A stretch of 64,000 nucleotides of DNA from Felis catus (taxonomy: Eukaryota). Location of the stretch: positions 51,709,815-51,773,814 of the forward strand of contig NC_058368.1 of assembly GCF_018350175.1 (NCBI RefSeq), written 5' to 3'. The translations under genes were made by a program, and so were the position numbers. A model generated the notes under the pieces. The model made no database searches, was not told where the DNA came from, and saw nothing but the letters and a program-made list of their open reading frames with translations. Below are positions 12,316-24,664 of the stretch, in pieces (position 1 is the stretch's first letter; each line of letters starts with the position of its first letter).

Positions 12316-12859
12316 TCATAAGGTTATTTTAAGAACCAAAAAAAGCAAACTATGTATTCTCATGGTTCAAAGATGGTTTAAATCTGCTGTGAATGATCCA
12401 CCTTCTTAGCCACAAATATTGGTACTTATTTTCCTACTTTTTGTCAAGGAAAACTATCAAGTCCATCCAATGAAAATGTCCAAGTATAAAGGACATAATT
12501 TAAAATATTTTTGTAGAAAGCTTTTGCCTTCCTGCAGAAAAGCACTCTTGTAATGCACACAAGGTAGATATGTACATGTTCGCACACTCTGATAAAAAAA
12601 ATACTCATCCCATTATTGAATCATATGGAAACCTGATGGGATATATCAGAATAATGATTATTTGTACTGACAAACTTGTTTCTTTTCATCATGCACTTTC
12701 AAAGGGAGACTAATAAAAATAAATGCATAGTTGTGTTCTTATGCCTGAAATAAAATGAATTCATCTTGCCCTAAATTGTGAGCTCCTTCCCCCATCTCCC
12801 TTATTTACCAAATACTGTGGGAACTTTGCATGTGACTTAATTTTGTTCTTTCTCTGCAG

Positions 12860-12919
12860 AGATGAAAATTATGGTAGGGTGGTGCTCAGTCGACATAACT
12901 CCCATGATGCCTTGGACAG
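12860..12919 (+). CDS. SCEL: Sciellin exon 4, DENYGRVVLSRHNSHDALD(R)
   Basis: ctgcag acceptor, gtgggt donor, 60 nt, phase 2-2, in frame with exon 3. Confidence 0.95.
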
Positions 12920-13635
12920 GTGGGTGTTTCAGACAAGTTACATCATTAGAAGAAACACAAAGACTATAGTTTTGAGAGAAGACTTGTTCAAGACAAACTG
13001 AATATTTGTGGCTTGCCTCAGGCTTTCCCTGGCATTCTGGAAGACTCTGTGATATCATCAGGAGTTTCCATAAGGCAAAGTCTGTGCTTCTGCAGCTCTA
13101 TGCTTCCAGAACCACAGTTTGGAGGTGTAGAATAACCAATCCCCTGAGGTAGCCCACTTGATGGGGAAAGGAAAGGACCCTCTTGATGGGAAAATGGTTC
13201 ACAGAAATGTGACCGGATAAGAGATCTCTGAACCTTAGGAAAAGGAACCCCTAAAATACAGAAATAACAGTCCTAGAATCCACCTGCTTTATGAGCAGTA
13301 CCTTCTTTTTAGAAACTTCTAGGCTTGTGGAAAACCATTAAATGATACCGAGTGTAAAAAGACTGACAGACATATTGTAGAAAGAATCAGGCAAAACTCG
13401 TAATCACAATAATGTAACTGATCTAAGATTGATCACATAAGCAGATAATATTCTTGTTAAAACACATTTATGCTCACACACATACAAACAACCACACCCA
13501 TCAAAAGAACCCAAGTATCAGACACAAGTTTTATCTGGTCCAGTAGACCGTGTCTGTGTGCCACCAAGACATACTTAGTAAAAGAGTGTGATTGTTTTTC
13601 ATGGCGTGGACTTTAAAAAGTTAAGTAGACACCTT

Positions 13636-13849
13636 GGGGTGCCTGGGTGGCTCAGTCAGTTAGGCCTCTGATTCTTGATTTTGGCTCAGGTCATGACTTC
13701 ACAGTTCATGGGATGGAGCTCTGAGTTGGGATCCTCACTGACAGCACAGAGCCTGTTTGGGATTCTCTCTCTCTCTCCCTCTCTTTCTACCCCTCCCCCG
13801 CTCATTCTCTTTCTCTCTCTCTCAAATAGATACACTTAAAAAAAAAAAA
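13636..13849 (+). mobile_element. Can-SINE
   Basis: SINE head and tail; TSD gtta(a/g)gtagacacctt. Confidence 0.92.
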
Positions 13850-13899
13850 GTTAGGTAGACACCTTGAATATTTTATAAACTTTTATTCATGAATGTTTC

Positions 13900-14119
13900 T
13901 TTTTTTTTTAATTTTTTTTTAATGTTTATTTTTGAGACAGGGAGAGACAGAGCATGAACAGGGGAGGGTCAGAGAGAGAGGGAGACACAGAATCTGAAGC
14001 AGGCTCCAGGCTCTGAACTGTTAGCACAGAGCCCGATACAGGGCTAGAACTCACAGACCGCGAGATCATGGCCTGAGCCGAAGTCGGCCGCTTAACTGAC
14101 TGAGCCACCCAGGCGCCCC
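13900..14119 (-). mobile_element. Can-SINE (SINEC_Fc2-like)
   Basis: Full reverse SINE; perfect TSD tattcatgaatgtttct. Confidence 0.95.
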
Positions 14120-15607
14120 TATTCATGAATGTTTCTAAACCTTTTAAACCTGTTCATAATTTTGACCTGTTCTGAGGGTACCGAGCTTAGAATCTTCTTA
14201 GAATCTGTTGGGTGTTCTGGTTCCCAGCCTTAGTTCATCTGATTGATCGTTCTGTGACTACTTCTGCCCTCTCCTTGGTCTTCATGACTTTGAAGATTTC
14301 AGCCTGGTTTCCTCTTGGCTCTCATCTCACCAAACAAAAGGAATCTGATTATTTCAGTCCAACCACCAGTGGCAATTGTTCCCTCCATTTTATTTGTCTT
14401 TCTCTGGAACTATTCAGAACAAATATACTTGTTTTGGAGTATGGCAGTGAAAAGTAATCTTCATATTCTTAGTGTGTTTTAGGACAAGAGTTTAATGCTT
14501 TATGTGCTTATTTATATTTTAAACTATACTGGTTTCCTGAGCCCTTCCTATTGGTGGACAACATTCTGTCTAAAGCAGCACATTGAACTTATATCTTCAG
14601 TAACAAAAATGTGCGAGCCCATGATGTTTTCCTGTTGACTCATAACTAGTGTCTCAAAACATGTTCTTAGAAGGGAAGTGCAGGTTATTTTTCTCCTTGC
14701 GCTTGCTCAGATAGATGCCCACTTGGCCCTTTTCTGCCATTTCACAGAGGCTGTACCCACTTTAGGTACTGAACACCGTTTGGAACATCTACCATATGCT
14801 TGACATAGTATCAGGTGCTGGGAATACAGAGATGCATAAGACACCACCCTTGGCCTTAGGGTTCTGGAAACATATGGATCCATAGACTACAATACTAAAA
14901 TCTACCATGGAAGTGCTATTGGGGAAGTGTGTGACAGTGCCATGGGAATAGAGAAGAGAGAGCCCAAGTCTGTTTGAATTAATCATAGATGCCACCCAGA
15001 AAAAGGTCTTTGGTGTCAGCATTGCTGTTCAAAGAATGAGGAGGGGTTTCCAAGTAGGGAAGGGCAGCTGGTGGGCATGAGAATTGCTTCCAGCAGAAGT
15101 GGCAATGTGTGCAAAAGCTTCCTGTGAGCAGACTGATAATAAAGGAAAGGGAAAATAAACAATATATTCTCCTTACCTTAGATAACAGCTTCACAGTATG
15201 CACAAACTAATAAATTTTGCCATGTACTTCTGCCAGATTGTTTAAACCAGTCAAATAAGCCTGGTAGCACAAATACCTACAGAGAGGTCAGTTGTCAACC
15301 AGGCACTGGCCTGAGGACTGGGAACAAAACAAAGTCCCTGCTTCCATAGAACCCACATCTTAGCTGAAGATGGAGGACAGGAGAGACTGAAAATAAATAA
15401 ACACGATACAACGTGTTTGTATTTCCATAAGTGCTAGGAAGAATAAAGTCAGCTGATGAGACACAAAGGAGGCTGTTTGAGAAGGGGCTGTTTCACAGAA
15501 GGGGACCAGATGGCCCCACAGTGCCCCTTTGCATTCATGCACTAAACACAATGGTGGACTATACTGTGATTTCACTCTGAGGTTGCTTTAAAACTCAGGT
15601 AGTTGCA

Positions 15608-15826
15608 GGGCGCCTGGGTGGCTCAGTGGGTTAAGTGTCTGACTTGGGTCAGGTTGTGATCTTGTGGTCCATGAATTTAAGCTCTGCGTCAGGCTCTCTG
15701 CTGACAGCTCAGAGCCTGGAATCTGCTTCGGATTCTGTGTCTCCCTCTCTCTCTCTGCCCCTCCCCAGCTTGCACCCTGTCTCTCTCTCTCTCTCAAAAA
15801 TAAATACAAACGTTAAAAAAAAAAAG
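15608..15826 (+). mobile_element. Can-SINE
   Basis: SINE head, CT tract, A tail. Confidence 0.92.
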
Positions 15827-16429
15827 GGAATTGCATTTGTCTTTACTTTTCTCTTTCATCAACAGACACTGTTCCCTCTGCTTCTGTTTGAAAATGTTCA
15901 CATCTATTTATCCTCTGAAGCCCTGCTCAAACTGCACCCTATCCATAAGGCCCTCTCTGATTCTTTTACCAAGAAATAAACTGTTTCACCTTAGAACTTC
16001 CTTGCACTTTACCTGAACATTTTTTATGACACAAGCCATTTTGTTCTTTTGTATGTACACATCTAACTTGTCTCTGCGAGGGTAGGGTCCATAGTTTTTA
16101 TTCTTGATTTCCTCATAGTCACCAACACGGTGCATAGTATATTATGTACCTTAAAAATTTTGTCTAATAAAAGTACATGATATCAAGTTAAAAATTAAAT
16201 TTTAAGTGCATATACTGTTTTAGTACTTTTTCTGATTCAGTATCTTTGATCTGTCAGCTTCAAATGATACTTTGAAATGCAAACACAGTGAATCATGGCA
16301 TAATTCCCCAAAGAGCTTGCTTTTTCTGTATCACAGAGCTATATAAGGCATTAAACAGCTTGTTTTTGCTGCAGTCTGATCAAGATATTCCCATTTGCTT
16401 TGATGATCTTGATTCCTATTTTGAAGCTC

Positions 16430-16670
16430 CTATCCTCTCTTCCCTTTTCGTCTTCTTTCCTCTTCCCTTTGTTCTGCTTACCTGTCTTCCTCAACTTTCT
16501 TTGCTTTCTGTCTCTCTTCTCCCTACTTCTCCTTGTCTCCCTTTATTCACCTCTCCTCCTTACATCTATCCTTCCTCTCTTCTCCCACTTGCTTTTCATT
16601 TTTTTCCAACTTTTCCTGTTTCCTTCTTTTCCTTTCTTCCCTCTCCCTTCACTCAGCAAGTTCTTTTTTT
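16430..16670. repeat. Pyrimidine-rich low-complexity tract
   Basis: About 240 nt that is mostly C/T; explains the spurious F/L/P/S-rich ORFs here. Confidence 0.85.
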
Positions 16671-17144
16671 CAACCCTGTCCACGGTGCTGAAGTTTAAAT
16701 AAAGCTATTTGTATTTAGCCTGTTGACCTGGCGTAGGGTGCTACTAAAATTCTGCAAACAAAACATAGCTGATTTTAAGTCTATTTGTTTAAGTCCTATG
16801 ATGTAAAAGTCAACAGTATTGACAAGAGTACATATTAGTTATTAACTATTTTGCATATCATGTTGTTTGTTTTGCCTATCCTTATCTCTAATTTAAATAT
16901 GTTACATTGAAGTTAGAAATAATTGGACCTAGAGAAGAATTTATTTATTAGCATGGGGAGTTGGGTTTGCCATACTTTATTCCATGCAAATCAAAACCTT
17001 GGAAGATTTAGATACTCTGAAGCTGTCTTTCCTTGGTAACACGTACATCTCCTACTTGAATAGGCCAAAATTTTACCAAAGGCATGATAGGTTATAAACT
17101 TTTTGGTAATTTATTTGATCTTCTGTAACTATTTTTTGCTACAG

Positions 17145-17213
17145 GAAAGCAAATGAGAGAGATGAGCCAAAAGCTACAATTAGTAGGTACAGATCTGATG
17201 ACACTTTAGACAG
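17145..17213 (+). CDS. SCEL: Sciellin exon 5, KANERDEPKATISRYRSDDTLD(R)
   Basis: ctacag acceptor, gtaaga donor, 69 nt, phase 2-2. Confidence 0.95.
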
Positions 17214-18504
17214 GTAAGATGTTTTTTTAATCATGTAAGCAGAATGCATAATGTGTATTAAATCCCCTTTTTTTTGTCAAGCATGCAGTATTTAAATCTT
17301 TGCAAAAGTAAGTTTTGAACAAGATATTTTATATCCAGGGACAGAAGGGCTATTCAGATCAAATTACCTTCTTCAAAATTCACAAAATCTTGACTCAATA
17401 TTCTGTTTTCCTAAAATCTTGCCAATATTAGATTGATAAAAACAATTCTGAAGAAACTGGTTTGGGTATAAGTAGGGTGAACACTCCATGGAAACTGTTT
17501 GGTTTAAAATGGAGAATCTAGTTATTTTTGTGTATATGAGTAGTCAGTTCTCGTTCTGACTTTTGGTCTTTCCATCCCCCTGGTGGAAAAACAGCAGTTT
17601 CTGTTTTTATGGAGAGACTGTAAATTATAATAATACAATCATTTTTATCCTCTCTAGTATAAAGCCATTAGCTCTTTACAAGGTGAAACTATTTTTGTGG
17701 TGGCAGTAGAGTACCCATATGGCTTATAGAAGGGTCCATTGTGTTGTGCCTGTTGTTAGTTCCTTCCTACACAGAGGGAAAGGGCTCATTTCTATGGAGA
17801 AAATTGAGCAATGTCTATTTAGATTGAAGTGTAAATGCTACAATTCACACTTTTATTTTATATTTGGTAGTGATGCTTAATAAGCATATAAAGAGTAAAG
17901 TTAACAGCTTTAGTTGGAGTCTAGACAATGGACACCTGAGACCATTGACAGTTGAGGTCATTCTCTGTAGCTAAAGATATGCTGTCATTGTAGACAAAAA
18001 TGCCACCTGCTGTATTTTAAGCAGATGTGCTGTAATTTATGGTATCTTATAGATTCTATACTTAGTATCTGCCAGTATTAATTCATGTAGGAAATGAATA
18101 TACTTCTGCACTATTCATAGGTTTTCAAACCAGTTTCTCTAATAGAGGCTAATCCACACTGGTGTTCCTAAGAAGTTAATTTCTCTCTTGTAATTAATAG
18201 CCTCAACAAAACTGAGTGTGTAGAGTATTTGCGCAAGATCTCATCTCCATGGCACTGAGTGGAAAGAGGAGCCAAAATAACTGTCCATTCATGGTGGCCT
18301 TGAGGGCTGTCCTGTTGCACCATTAATTGAAGATGGAAACCCTATTTCTAGGAATGAATCTGGAAGTGAGATAATTATGCCTCAAGAAAGGGCAATAGGT
18401 GGGAGGCTTTGTAAGCTGTGTATTTGAAGGTCTATATTAGGCCAGTCAAGACAGAGCCTAATTCATTCATTAGCAATGAATTAGACTAGACCTTACAGAC
18501 TAAT

Positions 18505-18692
18505 CAGTTGAGTTGTTCTCAGCCTCAGCTGCAATTTAGAATCACTGAGAGAGCTTTGAAACTTTACTGATAACTTGGTCCCACCACCCCTCACCCCCAA
18601 AACTCTGATTTAATTAGTCTGAGGTGAGAGTCGGGCATTTTTAAAGCTTATGAAGTGATCCTAATGTGCAACCAAAATTCAGAACCACTAAT
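18505..18692. mobile_element. MER5-like hAT relic
   Basis: ttagaatcactgagagagcttt...ctgatttaattagtctgaggtg...tgatcctaatgtgcaacc...agaaccact. Confidence 0.65.
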
Positions 18693-20116
18693 CTAGCCCA
18701 AAAGTCCTTCATTTTATAGACTAGAAAATGAGGCCAGAGATTACCCGATTTATTTACCCAGAAGTTTAGTGGCATGTTTGGTAAGCTCATTCCCCAGGCA
18801 GTCCTGAGTTCCAGTAGTATGCTACATCCTCTAAGTGTGGAAATAGATGTGATGGAGAGAACTCAGGAATCAGTACAGAAAGGCAAGTCCTATTAGCAGG
18901 AGTCAGATTTTCATAATGCTGGCCACTCTAAATGTAAGATATGAAATAATTTTAGGAGGAGGGTGACAAATCAACATCTGGTATACATGTGCGTATGCAT
19001 TTCAAGAACGCATTTATTTTATTTGTTATTTAATTTTAATTTTTAAAAATATTTTGTTTTCAAGTAATCTATATACCCATCATGGGGCTCAAATCCACAA
19101 CCCTGAGATCAAGTCACATGCTCCAAATAATGCATTTATTTTAAATGAATAGAAGAAAAGTACTTTGGAGTTGTATTTTTAAAAATATATATGTAGGTTA
19201 AAGTATGAGGTGTTCTAAAGAAACATAAGTAAATAACTACGTATGTAGCGTGCAATATGGCCCAAATCCTAAAGGTGGTTTGACTAATTTGAAAAACCTA
19301 GGTTGGGGTGACCTCTAGTGTTCTCTTGTGGAAATGTAACTTTTCCTTTGGGTCTTTTGATCATGCTGCTATTTAGCATGTTTGGGTGTTTACTGTTTCT
19401 AAGATTGACGCTTCTCAAAACAACCTATTCCATACACAAGTTGGAAAAAACTTAATTTTCAAGAGAAATACAAAGTAAAGTTAATCTTCCTAATAAGAAA
19501 CTGACATATGTATTGGAATGGTGGTTTACAGTTCCCTCCACTATTACTCATAGACTGATCCCCCTAGTGGCATAGAAGAGATCCTGGAGGTGAAGAACAG
19601 TAAGTGAAGGAAGACATGTTGACCCAACAGATGAGTGTTGAAACTATCACACTACAAAATTAGATGTAGGACATTGGGCTCTACTGGGACGATTTTGGAG
19701 ACAAACCAGTTCCTAGTTGGGTGACCAAGAAAAAGTCACCCACTGTCTCTGAGACTCCATTTCTTCATCTATAAAATGAAAATAATTACACCTCCCTTGT
19801 GAGGATGTTTTAAAGAGTAGAGACTAACATGTATACAGTAAGCAGCAAAGAGTAGGTAGCTATTTTTATTATTACATGCACTATTGCCTACATAGATTTA
19901 CACCGTAGCATTTTGAGTAACTTCATTTAATTTTAACATCAGACTTTGCTTTTACTTAAACATTGAGAATGTTTGATATTAAGGATCTGTTTACTTTAGA
20001 TAAATTGTTGTTTTCCATGTACCAGAGTAGCAATTTCCCAAGATTACTTTTGTCTCATGTTAGGGTCTCATAGATAGCTATAAAGTCTGAGTAGAGTTTC
20101 CAAGGAACATTTAATT

Positions 20117-20344
20117 CTTTTTAATTTTATTTTATTTTTAAAGTTTATTTATTTATTTTTGAGAGAGCATGTGTGAGAGTGGGGGAGGGGCAGAGAGGGA
20201 GAGAGGGAGAGAGAGAATCTCACGAAGGCTCCACATTGTCAGCACTGAGCCTGATGTGGGGCTCAATCTTATGAACCATGAGGTCATGACCTGAGCCAAA
20301 ATTAATAGCTGGATGGTTAACTGACTGAGCCATCTAGGCACCCC
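20117..20344 (-). mobile_element. Can-SINE
   Basis: Reverse SINE; TSD tccaaggaacatttaa. Confidence 0.92.
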
Positions 20345-21715
20345 TCCAAGGAACATTTAAGATTTAAGATTTATAGTCATCTGACATCTTACTTATGGTA
20401 CCCATAGTGGTTTATTGCAGAGCCCTTTAAATAGAAACATCCCAGAGGCTCAGTAGCAGTTAGTGAAAGGTATATATTCATGGTCCTTTGCCTGACAATC
20501 ACCTTAGATATGAGTTTTTTATACATGGATTCTAGGAGCCTGTACAAGTTAAAGCCTATATTGTGAACAGTCTGTTGAGAATATGGAGCTCTGGAAGATT
20601 TCAACCTTCCTTCCTTTTTGCATTCAAGAGCTATCAATTTGTGGCATTATGCACTATAAACAAAACCTTGTTTGGAGTTAAATCATAGCATTTTAATGTA
20701 TTAGAGTTATTTACCCCATATTTTAGTTACACATATCAAGATGACATTATGAGTTGAAATCATTTTAAATTTATGACAGTTAAATCATATTTTCTCCCAC
20801 ATTAATTATTTTTTAGAATGAGGCAAAGTTAGTGCCCATCTTTCCAAGAGTAGCTTATATAAAGCCATGTACTAAAGTTGACAGTAAAATTAAAAGTTTA
20901 GAGAAAGCTATAGTAGATCCATAATGTCGGATCAACAGAAAAGTTTTGCTGATCTTTTGTTTTCCTGAACCTAATTTTTCTACATCCTAGTTTTGTGCAA
21001 GCCTGCAGAATGCTCCCCAGGATAGCTCCGTGTCTCAGGAAGAAACTTCCTATTCTATCTGACGTGAGAGAAGAAAGGGAAGGAGGGTCTGCAGTATGGG
21101 ATTCCTGATTTGTCTTTTCTGACACAAGGGACAGACACATCTAGGAGACCTGAGATTTAATGGCCAGTAGGGGCTATTAACTCAATGTGTTAGTTACAGT
21201 AAACTAATTCACCAGGGTAGAGTGACTCTTTTAACAAGTTCCCTCTATTGCCCCCAAATCTATTGTGGTTTAACACAACAGAAGATTACTGTTCATTCTC
21301 TTCAGAGTCCAGTGTGATAGGCTAGAAGCATAGGGGATGTCTCAGCCCCATAAAGTCAACTCAGAGACCTAAGTTCTTTTCATGTTTTGATGTTTCCATC
21401 TTCAACACAGGGCAACCAAAAACTATAGTGGAAGAGGAAGAAAGAGCATAGATGATTACACAATAGGTTTTAGGATGGGTCTGAAAGTGCAAACAACATT
21501 TCTGCTCACATTCTTTAGTCTAGAACTCAATCACATGGCCCCAACTAATATCAATGAAGAATGGGAAATGTGGTCTTCCTGTGTGCTCAGTAGGAAATGA
21601 AAACGAGTTTGGCAAACATATAGCATTGTCTACGCCACAAAATATTTAGAAGAATACTTGTCTTCCATTGATGTGTTTTACAGACTTGGGAAGTACTGTC
21701 ATTGGCTGGATGTAC

Positions 21716-22038
21716 GTTTGACAACACAGGGTTTAGGGGCATTGACCCCTGTGCAATCGAAAATCCACATATAACTTTTGACTCCCAAAACTTAACTACT
21801 ATACCCTACTCTTGACCAGAAGCCTTTCTGATAACATAAACAGTTGATTAACACATATTTTGTGTTATATTTATCCGTCTGAATTATTACAATAAAGTAA
21901 GCTAGACACAAGAAAATGTTATTAAAGAAATCATAAGGAAGAGAAAATACATTTACAATACTGTACTGTATTTATCAAAAAATTCTGCATATAAGTGGAC
22001 CCACGCCATTCAAATCCGTGTGGTTCAAGGGTCAACTG
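21716..22038 (-). mobile_element. Tigger2-derived (TcMar) non-autonomous DNA transposon
   Basis: Ends in gtggttcaagggtcaactg|ta (Tigger2-type terminal inverted repeat plus TA target); internal aaaatccacatataacttttgactccc motif. Confidence 0.75.
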
Positions 22039-22128
22039 TATTATTAAACAATAAAGAATATGAAATAGTGAGTTAAATGCTCAGTGAATCAGAGAGGCTA
22101 GTAGAAAAACATAAATTTAAAAAATTCC

Positions 22129-22370
22129 GGGGCGCCTGGGTGGCGCAGTCGGTTAAGCGTCTGACTTCAGCCAGGTCACGATCTCGCGGTCCGTGAGTTC
22201 GAGCCCGGCGTCGGGCTCTGGGCTGACGGCTCGGAGCCTGGAGCCTGTTTCCGATTCTGTGTCTCCCTCTCTCTCTGCCCCTCCCCCGTTCATGCTCTGT
22301 CTCTCTCTGTCCCAAAAATAAATAAACGTTGAAAAAAAAAATTAAAAAAAAATAATAATAAATAAATAAA
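22129..22370 (+). mobile_element. Young felid SINE (SINEC_Fc-like)
   Basis: GGCGCAGTCGG...TTCAGCCAGGTCACG diagnostic head, CpGs intact, TSD aaaattcc. Confidence 0.95.
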
Positions 22371-22584
22371 AAAATTCCAAGCTGTATCAAAATAGCTTCA
22401 TAAATAGATTTTGGTTTAAGTAGTTTTTGTTTAATTGCAAAATATTCTAAAATGTAACACCTGAAAACAAATCTCTTTACTAGTGAAAGGTTATATTGTG
22501 AAGTTATTCTTTCGTGAAAGAGGTCTGAAAGGACTTTAATGATCTGAATGTTCATCCAAACTTTTGTCTTGTTTCTTTATAAAG

Positions 22585-22653
22585 GATCTCAGACAGAAAT
22601 GATGCCACTAACACATATAAGGCCAATACCTTGGATAACCGACTAACCAATAG
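22585..22653 (+). CDS. SCEL: Sciellin exon 6, ISDRNDATNTYKANTLDNRLTN(R)
   Basis: ataaag acceptor, gtacca donor, 69 nt, phase 2-2. Confidence 0.94.
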
Positions 22654-23253
22654 GTACCAGTATCTATTGACTTTGGGAAAGACCCAAGTACAATAGTTTT
22701 CTAAGCATTACTTATTTACTTACAATTCTTCTGTCCTACTTGATATCTTTCTGTAAATTCTTATCCTCCATTTTTTAAACACAAAAATTCTGGAGTGAAA
22801 ACCATTGTTCCTCCTCATGTTTAGAGAAATAGAAAATCTTTGTTGCCTTGCTTAAAAATCAAGAGAGCCCTTTGCTTCAGGTCATTGTTCTTATGACATT
22901 CATGTTTTTGTTTTAAGTCATCCTGGTGACAAGAGTGTGAAATACATGTAAATGCCAATTTTAAATTCTTATTGCTAAAGAAAATCCCTGAACTCCACAA
23001 ATAAAAGCATTGGGCTTAAACGATACTGAATTTTCTGATATAAAAAGATTTCCTTTAGAATCTAGCATAAGGCAAAAAGATCACCTTATCAAATTTTTCA
23101 AATACTGATGCTTTCTTTTTCTTTCTCTCAAATAATGTCTAACTTTAAATAACAATTCTAAATTCATGGACAGTTGCAAATTGATGCAAGTACTTATTCT
23201 TTGTGGCTGCTCAAATTTTTGCCCCACCTTTATTTATTTATTTATTTTACCAG

Positions 23254-23292
23254 AAACACGTCCACGTTTCGATCACCAGAAGCAGCAAAGAC
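23254..23292 (+). CDS. SCEL: Sciellin exon 7, NTSTFRSPEAAK(T)
   Basis: taccag acceptor, gtatgt donor, 39 nt, phase 2-2; corresponds to recalled human SMSMFRSLEVTK. Confidence 0.88.
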
Positions 23293-23487
23293 GTATGTAC
23301 TGACTGAAGTTACATTTTAAGAATAAAGTGTATTTCTTTGTATGTGTTCAAGATAAACCAGGTATACCCTGCTCAAGCCAAAGTTTCAACTATAACAAAA
23401 TCACCCTCCTGTTGCTTATTCAGAGTTTAGGTAGAAAGAAGGAAATGGTCCATGAAGCTTTAAATATTTACTATTTGGACTTTAACA

Positions 23488-23605
23488 CTTAAGTTCCAGT
23501 TAGTTAACATACATGTAATGCTGGTTTCAGGTGTAAAATTTTGTGATTCATCATTTAATATACAACACCCAGTGCTCATTACAAGTGCCCTCCTTAATTC
23601 CCATT
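23488..23605 (-). mobile_element. Short carnivore L1 3' terminal fragment
   Basis: ccagttagttaacatac...tttcaggtgta...aacacccagtgctcattacaagtgccctccttaat. Confidence 0.65.
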
Positions 23606-24006
23606 GTATATTTTATTGTTTATTTTTCCCCCACAGAACTTTATTTTTCCTTGTTTTTATGACTACTATCACTTGTCTTTCAAAACACCCATCATGTTAC
23701 AATTCATCTGAGTCATGAAATCATAGGTTTGCTAGCAATCTGTTTAGATGAAGTACATTCTCTCTGGAATGTACTAGTGGTGATTATAAACCGCCAAACT
23801 AGGTGGATTTTTGAAAACAGAATTGGTTTTTAAATTTTTGTTTAAAATTAAGGAATTCTCACATTGGAGCACACCTGTCAGTAGTTGAAACAGGCCTGGG
23901 TCACTTCCATTTTTTTTTGAAGGTCTATGTACATTAATAAATGCTAAATAGAGATTTAAAATGGTGTGATTTTTAAATGTTTTCTTAAACAACCTAGTGC
24001 TTTAAA

Positions 24007-24220
24007 ATTTTTTGTTAATGGTTATTTATTTTTGAGAGAGACAGAGAGAGCATGAGCAGGGGAGGGGGAGGGGCAGAGAGAGAGGGAGACACAGAATCTG
24101 AAGCAGGCTCCAGGCTCTGAGCTGTCAGCACAGTGCCTGACACGGGTCGAACTCACAAACTGTGGGACCATGACCTGAGCCGAAGTCAGACACTTAACCG
24201 ACTGAGCCACCCAGGTGCCC
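24007..24220 (-). mobile_element. Can-SINE
   Basis: Reverse SINE; TSD aaca(a/g)cctagtgcttt. Confidence 0.93.
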
Positions 24221-24583
24221 CAACAGCCTAGTGCTTTTAATGCAAACAATTGCAATATAATTCTGTTAGTCACAATATATACAATATGAAATATATATTA
24301 TGAACCCAGAGCACATGAGAATTCGTTGGTCTGGATTTCAGACACACAATGTCATATAATGAATGACTTAATTCAGTTCCTTCAGATCTAATTACTTAGA
24401 TGAGGACCTGAGGATTCATAAAATGGGTAAACTAAGGAAGAACTTGTTTTCTGTCCTTCCTTTGTCATTGAAACATTTTGTGGTGGTTAGAGAGCAGGTG
24501 GGAATATGAGTAGATTATAAGACCTTTCAAAGGTGGGACCGCATAAAAAAGTTTCAAGAATGTGGTTTGTTGTGGTTACACAG

Positions 24584-24664
24584 GCAAAGTGGAGGTTCGT
24601 TCAGTGGAAACACCACCACCCCCCCGGCTCCTGCCTCTGCTACAACTCCTGTAAAGAAAAAGAG
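24584..24664 (+). CDS. SCEL: Sciellin exon 8, QSGGSFSGNTTTPPAPASATTPVKKK(R)
   Basis: cacag acceptor, gtatga donor, 81 nt, phase 2-2; SATTPVKKKR matches recalled sciellin; lies within ORF 24567..24914. Confidence 0.94.
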
